Shown one piece after another: positions 44,603 through 54,716 of a stretch of 64,000 nt of DNA. Location: IMG/VR virus record IMGVR_UViG_3300048930_000409, positions 1-64,000 of that record, one strand, 5' to 3'. The stretch is from a virus. The notes beneath the pieces are model-generated. The model was not told the DNA's origin, made no database searches, and saw nothing but the letters and a program-made list of their open reading frames with translations. A program made the translations under genes and the position numbers. Each line of letters begins with the position of its first letter. The first letter of the stretch is position 1.

Positions 44603-46593
44603 CACTGGTTCTCCAACGAAGACATGCCCACGAAGCCAGACGCCGTAGCGGCCGACATGTTCATTTCCAACTGGTAAACCCCGTCCACGGTCACCACCGG
44701 GAGATTGTGAACAACCTCGGACACATTGGGTGCCGCGACAGCGCCGCTGCTCGCCGAGGCTGTGCCCAGAATGGTCGTGCCATCCGTGTAGTTCTTCATC
44801 CGGAACTGGCACGTCAAGGCCCCGTTGCTGGATGAGAAGTAGGTGCGGAACCGCAACGCGTTCGGGAAGTCGGCTGCCTTGAGCAAGACCGGCACCGCAT
44901 TCGGCACCGGGCGCCAGCCCGTCGTGTTGACCGGTTCGGAGTTGTTGCCGCCCAGCAGGATACGGACCGGGCCAGCCGTCGTGCCGCCCCCGCCTGTCGA
45001 TCCACCCGTGCCCGGCGTCGCAGGAATCACGCCGCCCGGCGACGACGGCGCCGCCGCGCCCGACGACGACACGGCAGCGGCTTCGTTGTCGGGTGTCATC
45101 TCGCGCCAGAAGTCAATGAACCGCTCCCGGTACGAATTGCCGAGCGCCATTTCGATGACGTACTTCAGCGTGTAGGAATCGTCATCCACGCCCGACACGG
45201 ACAGCACGACGAAGTTGACCGTCGACAAGCCTCGGTTCGGCAGGTTGACCGGCACACGGGCACCTACGACGGCGTACGTCTCGTCATAGGTTTCCATGGT
45301 CAACATGGTCTGTGGCGCTTGCCCGTACCGCGTGATCAGTTCGTCGGCATACGCCTGCGCGACTTCCTTGACCGAGGTCTGGGGGTAATCATCTGACCGG
45401 CTGAAGAACCCGTACGTCGAGACCCCTGTCGGATTGCCTGCGCCGACTACCAGCGGGAACTGTGTGACATACTCCACCAGAAGAAAATCGTTGCTGTCCA
45501 GCAGCGTTTCGGACACGTTCTGAACGATGCGGTTGTTCGCGGGGTCGTACTCGTACGGAGCGCCGGACCCCAACGCGCCCAAGACCTTGGTCGCATCCAC
45601 GGCGCCAGGATTCGTGGTCACGACAACTTGGCCGATGTCCTCGACTGGGTCGACCACGGGGAACGCGAACAGCGGGAAGTATCGCGTGACGCCGTCGCCG
45701 TAGATGTAGTCCGCGAAGTAGCCCTGGCCCGTGCCTCCGAAGAATACCCGCTGGTCGTTGCGGTAGTCGTCGAAGTTGCGTTCAATCTCGATGGTGCCTT
45801 CCAACGGCGTTGCGCTGGTCATGGTCGGCAACGTGACCGTCGAGGGCGGGTACGCGCGGAAGACATTGTCCGGCGTAATGGTCCAGATCCATTCCTCTTT
45901 CTGGACAAGGCGGTCCGTTGGCTCCATCCCTGGGCGCCATGAATAGCTGAGCAGCGATCCAATCGCGGACCCGGCCGGCATCGCGGGGTCCAAGCGCGTG
46001 CCGAACGCGAAGTTCAACGTCTGCTGAATGACCGTCAACGCGTCCTTGGTCGTCACGGACGGCAAGAAATACGTGTTGATCAGGATGCGGTTGATGTAGG
46101 AGTTGTAGTCCTGACACGTGACGGTGAACCGGTGGCCCGAGTCGGCCGAGAACGGTGACTCCCCCAGACGCGTGATGAACCCGCCCCACAGCCACTTGGC
46201 CAGAATGGACGACGACGACACGGCGGCCCCGGCCGGGAACTCCAGCGTCCCCGCCGTGGATGAGCTCCTGGTCATGATTCGGGCGATCAGGGTAATGCCC
46301 GGCCCGCCGCCGTTCGGGATGGACAGGACGCGCCCGACGTCTGTCGTGTTCAAGGGCCCGCCCGCCGTCACGGTGAAGTTGACCGATCCGTTAACGGTCT
46401 GGATTGTCATGGTGCGACGGTCCTTGACCAGCTGCACCGTGTGGCCAATGACCGGCCGATACGACCCGTCCGTCGAGATCAGCGAGCACGTCAACGTGCC
46501 CTGCTCCTGGACCGTGGACTCGTACTCCAACGTCCCCGGCACTAGGTGCAGGTTGCGGTCGGCGTTGTTGATGTACAGCGTCAGGACGTCCAT
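44602..46593 (-). CDS. tail tip/hub protein
   Basis: 663 aa directly downstream of tape measure; WGGFI...VTCQDY hub-like pattern. Confidence 0.7.
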   Translation of the reverse strand: MDVLTLYINNADRNLHLVPGTLEYESTVQEQGTLTCSLISTDGSYRPVIGHTVQLVKDRRTMTIQTVNGSVNFTVTAGGPLNTTDVGRVLSIPNGGGPGITLIARIMTRSSSTAGTLEFPAGAAVSSSSILAKWLWGGFITRLGESPFSADSGHRFTVTCQDYNSYINRILINTYFLPSVTTKDALTVIQQTLNFAFGTRLDPAMPAGSAIGSLLSYSWRPGMEPTDRLVQKEEWIWTITPDNVFRAYPPSTVTLPTMTSATPLEGTIEIERNFDDYRNDQRVFFGGTGQGYFADYIYGDGVTRYFPLFAFPVVDPVEDIGQVVVTTNPGAVDATKVLGALGSGAPYEYDPANNRIVQNVSETLLDSNDFLLVEYVTQFPLVVGAGNPTGVSTYGFFSRSDDYPQTSVKEVAQAYADELITRYGQAPQTMLTMETYDETYAVVGARVPVNLPNRGLSTVNFVVLSVSGVDDDSYTLKYVIEMALGNSYRERFIDFWREMTPDNEAAAVSSSGAAAPSSPGGVIPATPGTGGSTGGGGTTAGPVRILLGGNNSEPVNTTGWRPVPNAVPVLLKAADFPNALRFRTYFSSSNGALTCQFRMKNYTDGTTILGTASASSGAVAAPNVSEVVHNLPVVTVDGVYQLEMNMSAATASGFVGMSSLENQ

Positions 46594-46596
46594 GGA

Positions 46597-49500
46597 CTAT
46601 CGCCTCACCACGCCACGGTCGCGGAGGTACCGGGCACCGTGCCGCATGCTGGACCCGCCGATCTTCCGCCCGTCCAACCAGACATCGACGTTCGGCTGCG
46701 TGCTACCGGACCGGTGCATATCGTCGCGCAACGGCCGCACGACCTCGGCCTCACGCTCGCCAATCATCGCCAACGTCGGCTTGTACACGATGCCGCCTGT
46801 TGCTAGATGCGGGACATTGAGCGTGGGGTCCGGGCGTTCCGACGCCGGCAGTTCCGGACCATCGCCTTGCTGCTCGAACTCGTACGGGATCTTGAGCGTC
46901 GGCATGTTGCGGAACTGGTTCGCAATAGTGTCGGGCAGCTCTCCGGTCTTGTTCGTGATCTCGTTGATACCACCCTTGGCTTTGTCGACAAACCCCTTCC
47001 ACGCGGCAGGCACTTCGCCCCCGAGGGCCGTGATCAGCGCGGCCAGTCCCGACATCAGAATGTTGTTCAACGACAGCTGCTCGTCCTTGATGACGCCCGT
47101 GGCAATCCCCTGCGCAATCAACTTGGCGGTCGCCTCGTCGATGGGGATGCCCATCTGATGGTGCGCCTCGTACACGTTCTGGAGATACCCCTGCATCAAT
47201 CGGAGCGTCTCGTTCTCCGTGAATCCGGCGGCGATCAGGGAGTCGTACGTCTGCATCCCCTGGGTCTCCATATCGGCCAACGACTCGGCGTTCAAGGCTC
47301 CGGTGATCGAGGCCGCCATCATCATGGTGTTCAAGGCACTGGCCGAATCCACGAGCTCCCGGTTCTGATTAACCCGGTCACGGAACTCGGCCAACCCGGC
47401 GACGGCCGTCCCCTCCATCGACAGGCCCAGGCCCTGGTACATGCTGATCAGGGAATCGAGCGCTGGTCCCATAGCATCCAGTGCCGCAATCGTCCCCATG
47501 CCGCCCTGTTCGGCGGCGACGAACCCGGCCAGCGCAAGGCGCCCCATTCTGGCGAGTTCGTCTCCGGCGGTGGCGGCGCCCTGGGCCTGCTTGGCCATCA
47601 ACTCGGCCAATGCCTTGTTGGCTTCCTGTGCAGCCTTTCGGTTGGCGTCCGAGTCGTCGTCCTTCAACGCGGTCTGGGCATCCTCGACGGCTTTCCGCGC
47701 CGCCTCCATGTCCGTCTTCAACGTGCCGTACTGCTTGGACAGGCCGCCGAATACGCCGGTGAGGGCCGTGGAGTACTTCGTCGTCTGCTCGGCCAGTACC
47801 TTGTACACGTCAGCCGACCGCACGCCCATGGATTCGTTCAGGGCGATGATCTCGGCAATGACGGGCGGCGCGATGCGGCCAGTCGTCTCGACGGCCGTGA
47901 CGATGTTAGCGAAGTTATCCTTGAGTACCTTGGCGGCATCAGCCGCGTCGAAGATGCCCCGCTCCAACATGACGAAGACATCGCGCAACTTGCCGATCTT
48001 GTCAAGGTTAGCATCCCACCCGCCAACCTCGCCGACGATGTCCGACATGTTGTACAGGCCAGCGGCCACCTGATCGCCGAACTGCTTCTTGCTCTTCTTG
48101 ATTTTGTCGGCCAATCCCTTGCTGATGTCGCCGCCCCACTCCTGGCCGACATCTTCCATGATAGACCGCGTCTCGCGTCCACGCCAGTAGGCGACCATGA
48201 TGCCGACGATAGCGCCCGCGACAGCGCCCCAGACACCGGCCACCATCATGCCCTTGCCCATGGAGGCTGCAATGCCCGCGCCGATGGCCCCGCCGTACAT
48301 CGCCCCGGTCGAGGCACCGCCCAACATGTTCTTCATCAAAGAATCGCCCGACGTCGCCTGGGCCAGTGCCCCGACCCCGGCCAGCATCCCTGACGCCAGG
48401 CCCATCATCCCATCCATCATCATCTGGCCGCCGCCAGCGACTTTTTTCTTCATCATGTCCCAGCCCTTGTCGAACTGGGCAAACCCTTCGGAGAACATGT
48501 CCCCGGCCGTCAAGGCGGCCTGTCCCGCGCCTGCGATGCCTGCGATGAACGACACCCAAGAATCCGCCCCGGCACCGACCGTCTGGGCAATCTGCTGGAA
48601 CTGCTGGGTGAGGGTCGCCAACGGCGCCCGCCACGCGCCCAGGAACTTTCCGCTCATGGCAATTTGCGCGTCGTACATCTTCTTCCACGCTTTTCCGATG
48701 GACTCGGCGCTGAACTTGCCCGAATCCGCCATCTGCGTGAAGTCGGTCTCCGCCCCGTCGGCTGCTTCCTTCATGGCCTCGTTGGTCAGGATACCGGCTT
48801 CCCTCATGCGGAAGACGATGGTGTCTGCCGTGCGGTTGACGACGTCGATGCGGAACTGCGCCTCGGCATTGATGGCCGTGACCGCCTCGGCATACGCCCC
48901 GGCGTTTTCCGCCTTGGTCTGCTTCAGGCCTTCAATCTTGGCCTTGCGTTCGTTCTCGATTCCCTGAATCGTAGCAGCGACACGGGACGATTCGGAGTCC
49001 TGAATCGCCAGATTCGACGCACGGGCCACCTGTGCGAGTGCTTCATACTCGTCGCGGGTATCCTGCTGGAGCTTGTTCATGTACGCGAGGTCCGACGTGT
49101 CCAACGTCATCTGTCCGCTGGCCGGGTCGAACATCGCAAACGCGTTCTTGTTGTTCAAGGCCTCCGACGCGTCGGCAACGCTCTTCAAGTTGCCGATCAT
49201 CTCGATACCCCAGGCCCGGCCCGTGACGCGCAACTTGTCGATCTCGCTGCCCCACGCTTCGAGGACCAGCGGCATCGGCGTGTTCTGCGACACGGCCTCG
49301 TTAACGGCCTCGGACATGTCATACAGGTCCAGCAGGAACGCCGTCATCAGTGATTTGCGCGTCCGCTCGTACGGTTCCCGTGCGGCGCGGTCGTCGGCCT
49401 TGGGCGTCGTTGGCGGACCCGTCTCGGGCGGCTTGCCAGTCGGCTCGCCTGCAGGCGCCCCCGGTACCGGCGTCGACTTGCCCAACTGAATGTCCCGGTT

Positions 49501-51789
49501 CTTCACCCCCCAGCCGAGGTCTGCCATCGTCTGGTTGATTTGCTTGATACGCTCTTCGAGGGCGTTGGCCTTTTCGATTTCTCGGGCAATCGCTGACTCG
49601 CGATCCTCTTTCGTCGCACGGCGCCCACTTACGCCTGCAATGATTTCCGTGCCGTCCCCGATGGCCTTGGCACGGCGACGAAGAGTCTCGGCGGCGAGCG
49701 CGGCCTTCTCCTTCTCGATCCGCATGTCCTGCACGTTGAAGGCCAACTGCTCCTTCGCGGCCTGGATGTTGTTCCACCGCTGCGCCGCCTGCAGCTTCAA
49801 CGAATCCAGGAGCTCGTTGGACCGAGCCGTCTCGTTCTGGAACCCCTCGGCGCTGTACCCCGTCCACTTAGCCAACTCTTCCGTGGCACGGCGCAAGTTG
49901 TTCTTTTCTTCCTTGGTCAAGTTGACCTTCTTGGAGAGGTCGTCGTATACCCGAATGACCTCGGCCAACTTGGTTTCCATCTTCTCCAAGGATGCGGAAT
50001 TTTTCCCCATCTCGGCGACGGCCGCCGTGTTGTCTGTCTTCCACTTGTACAGCGCGATGCCTGTCGTCACGATGGCCGTTGCCAGCATGCCCCACGGCCC
50101 CGCCAGCCTAGGCAGGAAAGATGCCAACGTTCGGCCAACGTTCAGCATGCCAGTCCATGCGGCAGCCATCTTGCCGGTCCCCGTGACCATCACCGGCACC
50201 GTGTTCTGGGCAATCATCTTCCCGGTATCGGCGAACGAGTACATCGCGCCCCGGAGGCCCAGGATGGATGACGATGTCGTGGCCGATGCCACGGTGGTAG
50301 CCATCATCCCTGCAGACGCCGCCTTGGACCAATTGTTCCAGGCCGCGACCCCAGATGCCGCCGCCGATGCCGCGTTGACTACAGTGCCTGCCACGGTGCC
50401 CATGGCCCGTCCGTACACGACCGTAGCCGCGTGCCCGACCGTCAGGTAGTTCGTCGCCAGGTGGACCGCCGTCCCGAACGTCGAGATCGCCCGCAGCGGC
50501 ACCGCGACCCCCGCCCCCAGGGCACTGAGTGCCGACAGCATACCGCCCATGACATAGACGGCCGGACCCAACACGGCCAAGAATGCCGCCATGCCGAGCG
50601 CGGTCGACTTGACCGGACCAGGCAGCTGCGCGAACATCTTGAATACTTCACTCAGTACGCCGACACCAGTCTTCAGTGTCGGGAGCAAGTCATTCTTGAG
50701 AATAGGCAAGAAGTCCTGGAACAACTGAATACCAAGAATCTTTGCCGACTCCGTCACCTGCTTCAGCTGATTGGAGAACGCCTCCATCTGCTTCTTGGCG
50801 ACCCGTTCGGCCGTTCCCGCCACATCGCCCAGGATGCCTTCGAACCGCTGCATCTCCGGTCCCATGCCCAACAGGGCCTGAATCGCGCCCCGGCTCTTGT
50901 CCTGGAATCCGAGCAACGAGATCGCGGCGAACTTTTGCTGGGCGCTCATGCCCTCCGTATAGCGAGCAATGTCGTTGATGACTTCGCCCATGGAGCGCAA
51001 GTTGCCTTCGAGGTTGTAGACCTCGATGCCTTCCTTCTTCCACGTCTCGGCGTTCTTTACGGACGCTTTCTGCATGTCGCGCAGGGCGATGTACATCTGC
51101 TCGCCGGCGCGCTGACCCTTGATGTTCTGCGATGCGAACGCCATCAGGGCACTGACGCCCTGTTCGATGCTCAGCCCGTACTGGTTGATGGCACCACCCG
51201 CACGGGTGGAGATCGCCTTGGCGAAGTCTTCGACCGTGCCGAGCGCGGAGTTGTTGGCGGCGGTCAAGATGTCGGCCATCTTGGCCATACCCTCGACCTT
51301 GCCCGTCGTCCCGAGCGAGGCATCGCCGACCGCCGTCACCGCGCCGGCCAGGTAGTCGCCCGCGTCGGACAACTTCATGACACCGGCCTGTGCGAAGTTG
51401 GCAACGGTCTGCAACGACCCCATCGAGTCTTCAGCCGACAAGCCCGCCGATGCCAAGTCGTAGTACGCCTCGGCGGCCTCGGTCGCGCCGAACTTCGTGG
51501 ACCGCGCGACCGTGAACGCCGTTTCCTCCATCTGCTTGCGGAGGGCGTCGTTCATGTTGCTCATGATCGAGGTGGACTCGGTCATGGCCTTGTCAAAGTC
51601 GGCGCCGAACTTCCCAATCGCCCCGAGGGCGCCGGCCAAGGGTGCGGACACCCCGAAGGTGATCCGCGACCCCAGGCTGGCCAGGCGATTGCCCATCGCG
51701 TCGAACGTCCGCTCGACGCGGCTAACGTCGCCGGCGAGTGACCCGCTCTGGATTCCGACTCGTACGAGGATCTCTCCAACGGTAGGCAT
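46597..51789 (-). CDS. tail tape measure protein (TP901-type core)
   Basis: 1730 aa; T.FGA.EAAEA.Y.LASAG; Ala/Gly-rich helical. Confidence 0.95.
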   Translation of the reverse strand: MPTVGEILVRVGIQSGSLAGDVSRVERTFDAMGNRLASLGSRITFGVSAPLAGALGAIGKFGADFDKAMTESTSIMSNMNDALRKQMEETAFTVARSTKFGATEAAEAYYDLASAGLSAEDSMGSLQTVANFAQAGVMKLSDAGDYLAGAVTAVGDASLGTTGKVEGMAKMADILTAANNSALGTVEDFAKAISTRAGGAINQYGLSIEQGVSALMAFASQNIKGQRAGEQMYIALRDMQKASVKNAETWKKEGIEVYNLEGNLRSMGEVINDIARYTEGMSAQQKFAAISLLGFQDKSRGAIQALLGMGPEMQRFEGILGDVAGTAERVAKKQMEAFSNQLKQVTESAKILGIQLFQDFLPILKNDLLPTLKTGVGVLSEVFKMFAQLPGPVKSTALGMAAFLAVLGPAVYVMGGMLSALSALGAGVAVPLRAISTFGTAVHLATNYLTVGHAATVVYGRAMGTVAGTVVNAASAAASGVAAWNNWSKAASAGMMATTVASATTSSSILGLRGAMYSFADTGKMIAQNTVPVMVTGTGKMAAAWTGMLNVGRTLASFLPRLAGPWGMLATAIVTTGIALYKWKTDNTAAVAEMGKNSASLEKMETKLAEVIRVYDDLSKKVNLTKEEKNNLRRATEELAKWTGYSAEGFQNETARSNELLDSLKLQAAQRWNNIQAAKEQLAFNVQDMRIEKEKAALAAETLRRRAKAIGDGTEIIAGVSGRRATKEDRESAIAREIEKANALEERIKQINQTMADLGWGVKNRDIQLGKSTPVPGAPAGEPTGKPPETGPPTTPKADDRAAREPYERTRKSLMTAFLLDLYDMSEAVNEAVSQNTPMPLVLEAWGSEIDKLRVTGRAWGIEMIGNLKSVADASEALNNKNAFAMFDPASGQMTLDTSDLAYMNKLQQDTRDEYEALAQVARASNLAIQDSESSRVAATIQGIENERKAKIEGLKQTKAENAGAYAEAVTAINAEAQFRIDVVNRTADTIVFRMREAGILTNEAMKEAADGAETDFTQMADSGKFSAESIGKAWKKMYDAQIAMSGKFLGAWRAPLATLTQQFQQIAQTVGAGADSWVSFIAGIAGAGQAALTAGDMFSEGFAQFDKGWDMMKKKVAGGGQMMMDGMMGLASGMLAGVGALAQATSGDSLMKNMLGGASTGAMYGGAIGAGIAASMGKGMMVAGVWGAVAGAIVGIMVAYWRGRETRSIMEDVGQEWGGDISKGLADKIKKSKKQFGDQVAAGLYNMSDIVGEVGGWDANLDKIGKLRDVFVMLERGIFDAADAAKVLKDNFANIVTAVETTGRIAPPVIAEIIALNESMGVRSADVYKVLAEQTTKYSTALTGVFGGLSKQYGTLKTDMEAARKAVEDAQTALKDDDSDANRKAAQEANKALAELMAKQAQGAATAGDELARMGRLALAGFVAAEQGGMGTIAALDAMGPALDSLISMYQGLGLSMEGTAVAGLAEFRDRVNQNRELVDSASALNTMMMAASITGALNAESLADMETQGMQTYDSLIAAGFTENETLRLMQGYLQNVYEAHHQMGIPIDEATAKLIAQGIATGVIKDEQLSLNNILMSGLAALITALGGEVPAAWKGFVDKAKGGINEITNKTGELPDTIANQFRNMPTLKIPYEFEQQGDGPELPASERPDPTLNVPHLATGGIVYKPTLAMIGEREAEVVRPLRDDMHRSGSTQPNVDVWLDGRKIGGSSMRHGARYLRDRGVVRR

Positions 51790-52000
51790 TCGTATCGACC
51801 TCGTCGAATTTCGGTCCCATCATGCGGCCCAAAATCTTTTCGGGCCGCATCGCGCCACTCTTCGGTCGCCCGTTGATCAGGTAGGAGACCGCAATTGCCC
51901 GAACTTCTTCTTCGCGCCGCTGCCGGTAGATATACCCCAACAGCAACCAGTTGAACTCCGTTGGCGTCAGCCGATAGAATTCATCGGGCTTCAACGCCAA
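51722..52000 (-). CDS. tail assembly chaperone, frameshift (gpT-like) portion
   Basis: AFGPLALKPDEFYRLTPTEF; -1 frame relative to the upstream chaperone and open through its 3' end. Confidence 0.7.
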   Translation of the reverse strand: MALKPDEFYRLTPTEFNWLLLGYIYRQRREEEVRAIAVSYLINGRPKSGAMRPEKILGRMMGPKFDEVDTNAYRWRDPRTSRNPERVTRRRR

Positions 52001-52080
52001 CGGGCCGAACGCGGTCGGTAGGGCGCGGACAATCCACTCGGTCCAAGAAAGGTTCTCTTCGGCCCGAGGTGTGAGCGCTT

Positions 52081-52536
52081 CTACTGACCCTGGGACGGGA
52101 CGTCGGACGGGCTCAGGACGTGGCCCTCGATGTCGTCGTGGCTCACGGGCGCCGGACCGACCGCCTTCGGACCGGCTGCCGCCAGGGCCTTCTTCCTGAA
52201 ATCCTCGGCACGTCCGAACGCGCCGTGCTCCTGGGCCACCTCATACGCGAAGGCCAGCAGCTTCTCGATGCCGTTGTCGGGACGCGCCTCGTCGGAGACG
52301 TACTCCTGGATCAGGTCACCGACCTGCCGCACGGTGATACGCCGGTCTTCGTGCTGAAACCCGGCCCACAGCAGCCCGCGCACCACGGCGAAGATCGCCT
52401 TCTGCTGCATCAGCTGGCCGAAGCCCATGCCGGTTTCCTGCTCGAAGTCGCTGAGTGCGTTCATGTCGAACTTCAGCGTACGGACGTGGCCCTCGTAGGG
52501 CTCGAAAAAAGTGAAATTCCTTGCCTGAATGGCCAT
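52081..52536 (-). CDS. tail assembly chaperone (gpG-like)
   Basis: TLKFDMNAL.DFEQETG...RGLLWAG; position. Confidence 0.8.
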   Translation of the reverse strand: MAIQARNFTFFEPYEGHVRTLKFDMNALSDFEQETGMGFGQLMQQKAIFAVVRGLLWAGFQHEDRRITVRQVGDLIQEYVSDEARPDNGIEKLLAFAYEVAQEHGAFGRAEDFRKKALAAAGPKAVGPAPVSHDDIEGHVLSPSDVPSQGQ

Positions 52537-52620
52537 GGTGAGCTCCTTGCTCTTCTGGGGGTGTTTCGGGACCGCCCCCGCCCGGAGACGGCCCCGCCCT
52601 GATTGCCCGACGGCCGCTGG

Positions 52621-53049
52621 TTAGGCGACAGCCCGCGTCAGCACGTTCGAGGCGCCGCCGCCCGCACGGAACGTGCAGGACGTCATGCCCAGGGTGCCGA
52701 CCTCGCCCGCGATGGGCGAGTAGTTCTCCAGCACGGCGTTGCCCGAGTACATCGGGTTGGTCGCGCTGGTGGCCGAGCCCTTGACGGCCTTGGCCGTCAC
52801 CGGGAACGACGCGGCGCCGATCAGCGGGAACAGCGTGGCGTCGACCGACCCCGCCGCGAAGTCCTGCGTGAACTCGACCTCGAGGCTCCAGTTCTTGAGC
52901 CCCGGCTTGGACGACCGCGTCCCCGACGTGCCCATGACGGTGTCGTCGAGCATCTCGGCTTCGTAGTTGAGGGTGAGCGACTTGACGTGGTCGCTGAGGT
53001 CGATCGAGTTGACCGTCAGCAATGCGTCGGTATAGACGAGTGTGGGCAT
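52621..53049 (-). CDS. major tail tube protein
   Basis: DLSDHVKSLTL...DDTVMG....PGLKNWS; NPMYSG; high codon bias. Confidence 0.8.
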   Translation of the reverse strand: MPTLVYTDALLTVNSIDLSDHVKSLTLNYEAEMLDDTVMGTSGTRSSKPGLKNWSLEVEFTQDFAAGSVDATLFPLIGAASFPVTAKAVKGSATSATNPMYSGNAVLENYSPIAGEVGTLGMTSCTFRAGGGASNVLTRAVA

Positions 53050-53061
53050 GATGATCTCCCG

Positions 53062-53787
53062 TTACTGGATCCCGAGGACCAGGAACGCATTGAAGACGGG
53101 CGAGGTACCGGAAATGGTCCAATCGACCCGCCAGTACTGGTCGGTCACCGGACCGGCCAATTCCAGCCACTGGGCGCCGATGGCGGTCGCCGGAGCGAAC
53201 GTCAGGCGCGTCGTCGGCGACCCGAACCCGACGACGGTGGCACTCTTGACGGTCACGGTCATCGAGGGCGTCGTGCCCCCGGCTTGCGTGACATGCAGTG
53301 CTGCGTAGACCCGCTGCGTGGACAGCGCGGCGCCCAACTGCTGCACCGTGCCGGTCCCCGTGGCGGTCTTGGTCCCCGGTGCCAGCATGACAATCCCGCG
53401 CACCAGCGGCGTGTTGGAGCTCATGCCCGAGAACTCCGACGCCATCAGGGCGCCGACTTCACCGGAGAGCGGGTTGTACGTGCCGTTGACGGCTCGCACG
53501 GAGTAGCCTCGGTCGCCGATGATGTTCCCATCCGGTGAGAACGACATGACCTCACGCGCGGCGCCGATGCGGTTGTAGACGACGGCGTCCACGTCCGTGT
53601 CCCAGAAGATCGAGCCATTGAACTCGAACCCCTTGAGACCGGGCTTGGACGACCGGGTACCAGACGTTCCGAAGACCGTGTCATCCAGCATCTCGGCGCT
53701 GTACGACATGTCGATGGAGTTGTGGTACCCAGACAGGTTGTACCCGCCGAGGAACACCTTGCAGTCCAGGAGCGTCTGGGTCGCCAT
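53062..53787 (-). CDS. tail tube paralog with C-terminal extra domain
   Basis: shares AEMLDDTV.GTSGTRSSKPGLK with its neighbour. Confidence 0.75.
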   Translation of the reverse strand: MATQTLLDCKVFLGGYNLSGYHNSIDMSYSAEMLDDTVFGTSGTRSSKPGLKGFEFNGSIFWDTDVDAVVYNRIGAAREVMSFSPDGNIIGDRGYSVRAVNGTYNPLSGEVGALMASEFSGMSSNTPLVRGIVMLAPGTKTATGTGTVQQLGAALSTQRVYAALHVTQAGGTTPSMTVTVKSATVVGFGSPTTRLTFAPATAIGAQWLELAGPVTDQYWRVDWTISGTSPVFNAFLVLGIQ

Positions 53788-53790
53788 GGG

Positions 53791-54045
53791 TTACTTGCCC
53801 TTCTTGTCCGAGACCTCGGCGATGACGCCATCCACGGCGGCCGAGGCGGCCGGGCTGACTTCATCCTGCGGAGTCCGCGTGACCTTCAGGAACCCGTACT
53901 GGCGGACGAGCCAGTCCTCGCGCTCCGGGTCGAGGGCGAGAGGCACCGACACTTCGCCAGCGGCGATGATGTGGGCCTCGCCCGTGTCGACATCGCGGAC
54001 ATGGATGTCCTGCGTGCCGATGTTCTTGTAAACCTTCTTGCTCAT
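53791..54045 (-). CDS. hypothetical structural-region protein
   Basis: GGGGAG SD, ATGA-coupled. Confidence 0.6.
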   Translation of the reverse strand: MSKKVYKNIGTQDIHVRDVDTGEAHIIAAGEVSVPLALDPEREDWLVRQYGFLKVTRTPQDEVSPAASAAVDGVIAEVSDKKGK

Positions 54046-54308
54046 CCGATCGTCTCCCCGCATTTCTTGCAGTAGAACCGGTTCACGTGGCCCATGGACG
54101 GGCTGCTCACACGGGCATCTTCCGGATGCGTACATCCCTGGACGCCCTCTTCGGACCCTTCCGGGTCCGCTTCTGGATCGGGTTCGAGTTCGACGTCCTC
54201 CTTGAGAAATTCGAGAAAGTGGCCAATCGCCAAATCGACGGCGGCACACTGCGCTCGAATGGCTTGGAGCAGCAGCACCAGCATGCGAAGACGGGCGTTG
54301 CCGTTCAT
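54042..54308 (-). CDS. small Zn-binding hypothetical protein
   Basis: CTHP...FYCKKCG. Confidence 0.55.
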   Translation of the reverse strand: MNGNARLRMLVLLLQAIRAQCAAVDLAIGHFLEFLKEDVELEPDPEADPEGSEEGVQGCTHPEDARVSSPSMGHVNRFYCKKCGETIG

Positions 54309-54715
54309 GGATTCTTGCGCCTCACGTGGAGGTTGAATGCGTACTGCATGAGCCCGTCGTTCTCCGTGACCCCCATGGACCAGGGCGGCTGAATCGCCTC
54401 AATCAAGAAGTACCGGGTGCCGAGCACTTCTCCCTGGAAACCGTCGAACCGATCGTGCAAGTCCAGGGCGACGGATTCGGCCACTTCAGGGTCCGTCCGC
54501 CGTACGTAGACTTGTACGTGCGGTTGATGGTACACCGTCGCGGCCTTTCCGACACCCATAGTCTTCTCGGCGCGTCGGCCCATGGTCGGAATCAGGGCGA
54601 CGATGTTCGCGGGCTTGCCCGTCCACCGGCCCAGCTGAATGGTGGCGATGGGGCCGGACATCGTCCCGTGGCCCCACAGCTGCACCAACGACCCGAGCTC
54701 TTGAAGCATTCCCAC
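54305..54715 (-). CDS. tail terminator / minor-capsid-family protein
   Basis: P.VQVYVR...Y..I.A.Q.P..G...FN. Confidence 0.7.
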   Translation of the reverse strand: MGMLQELGSLVQLWGHGTMSGPIATIQLGRWTGKPANIVALIPTMGRRAEKTMGVGKAATVYHQPHVQVYVRRTDPEVAESVALDLHDRFDGFQGEVLGTRYFLIEAIQPPWSMGVTENDGLMQYAFNLHVRRKNP

Positions 54716-54716
54716 G

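Noticed and set aside
46807-48393. Long antisense or alternate-frame ORFs (also 60523-62475, 32775-34235, 1770-3101, 7952-9157)
   Set aside because: Shadow ORFs expected in high-GC DNA opposite well-supported genes; no RBS or motifs
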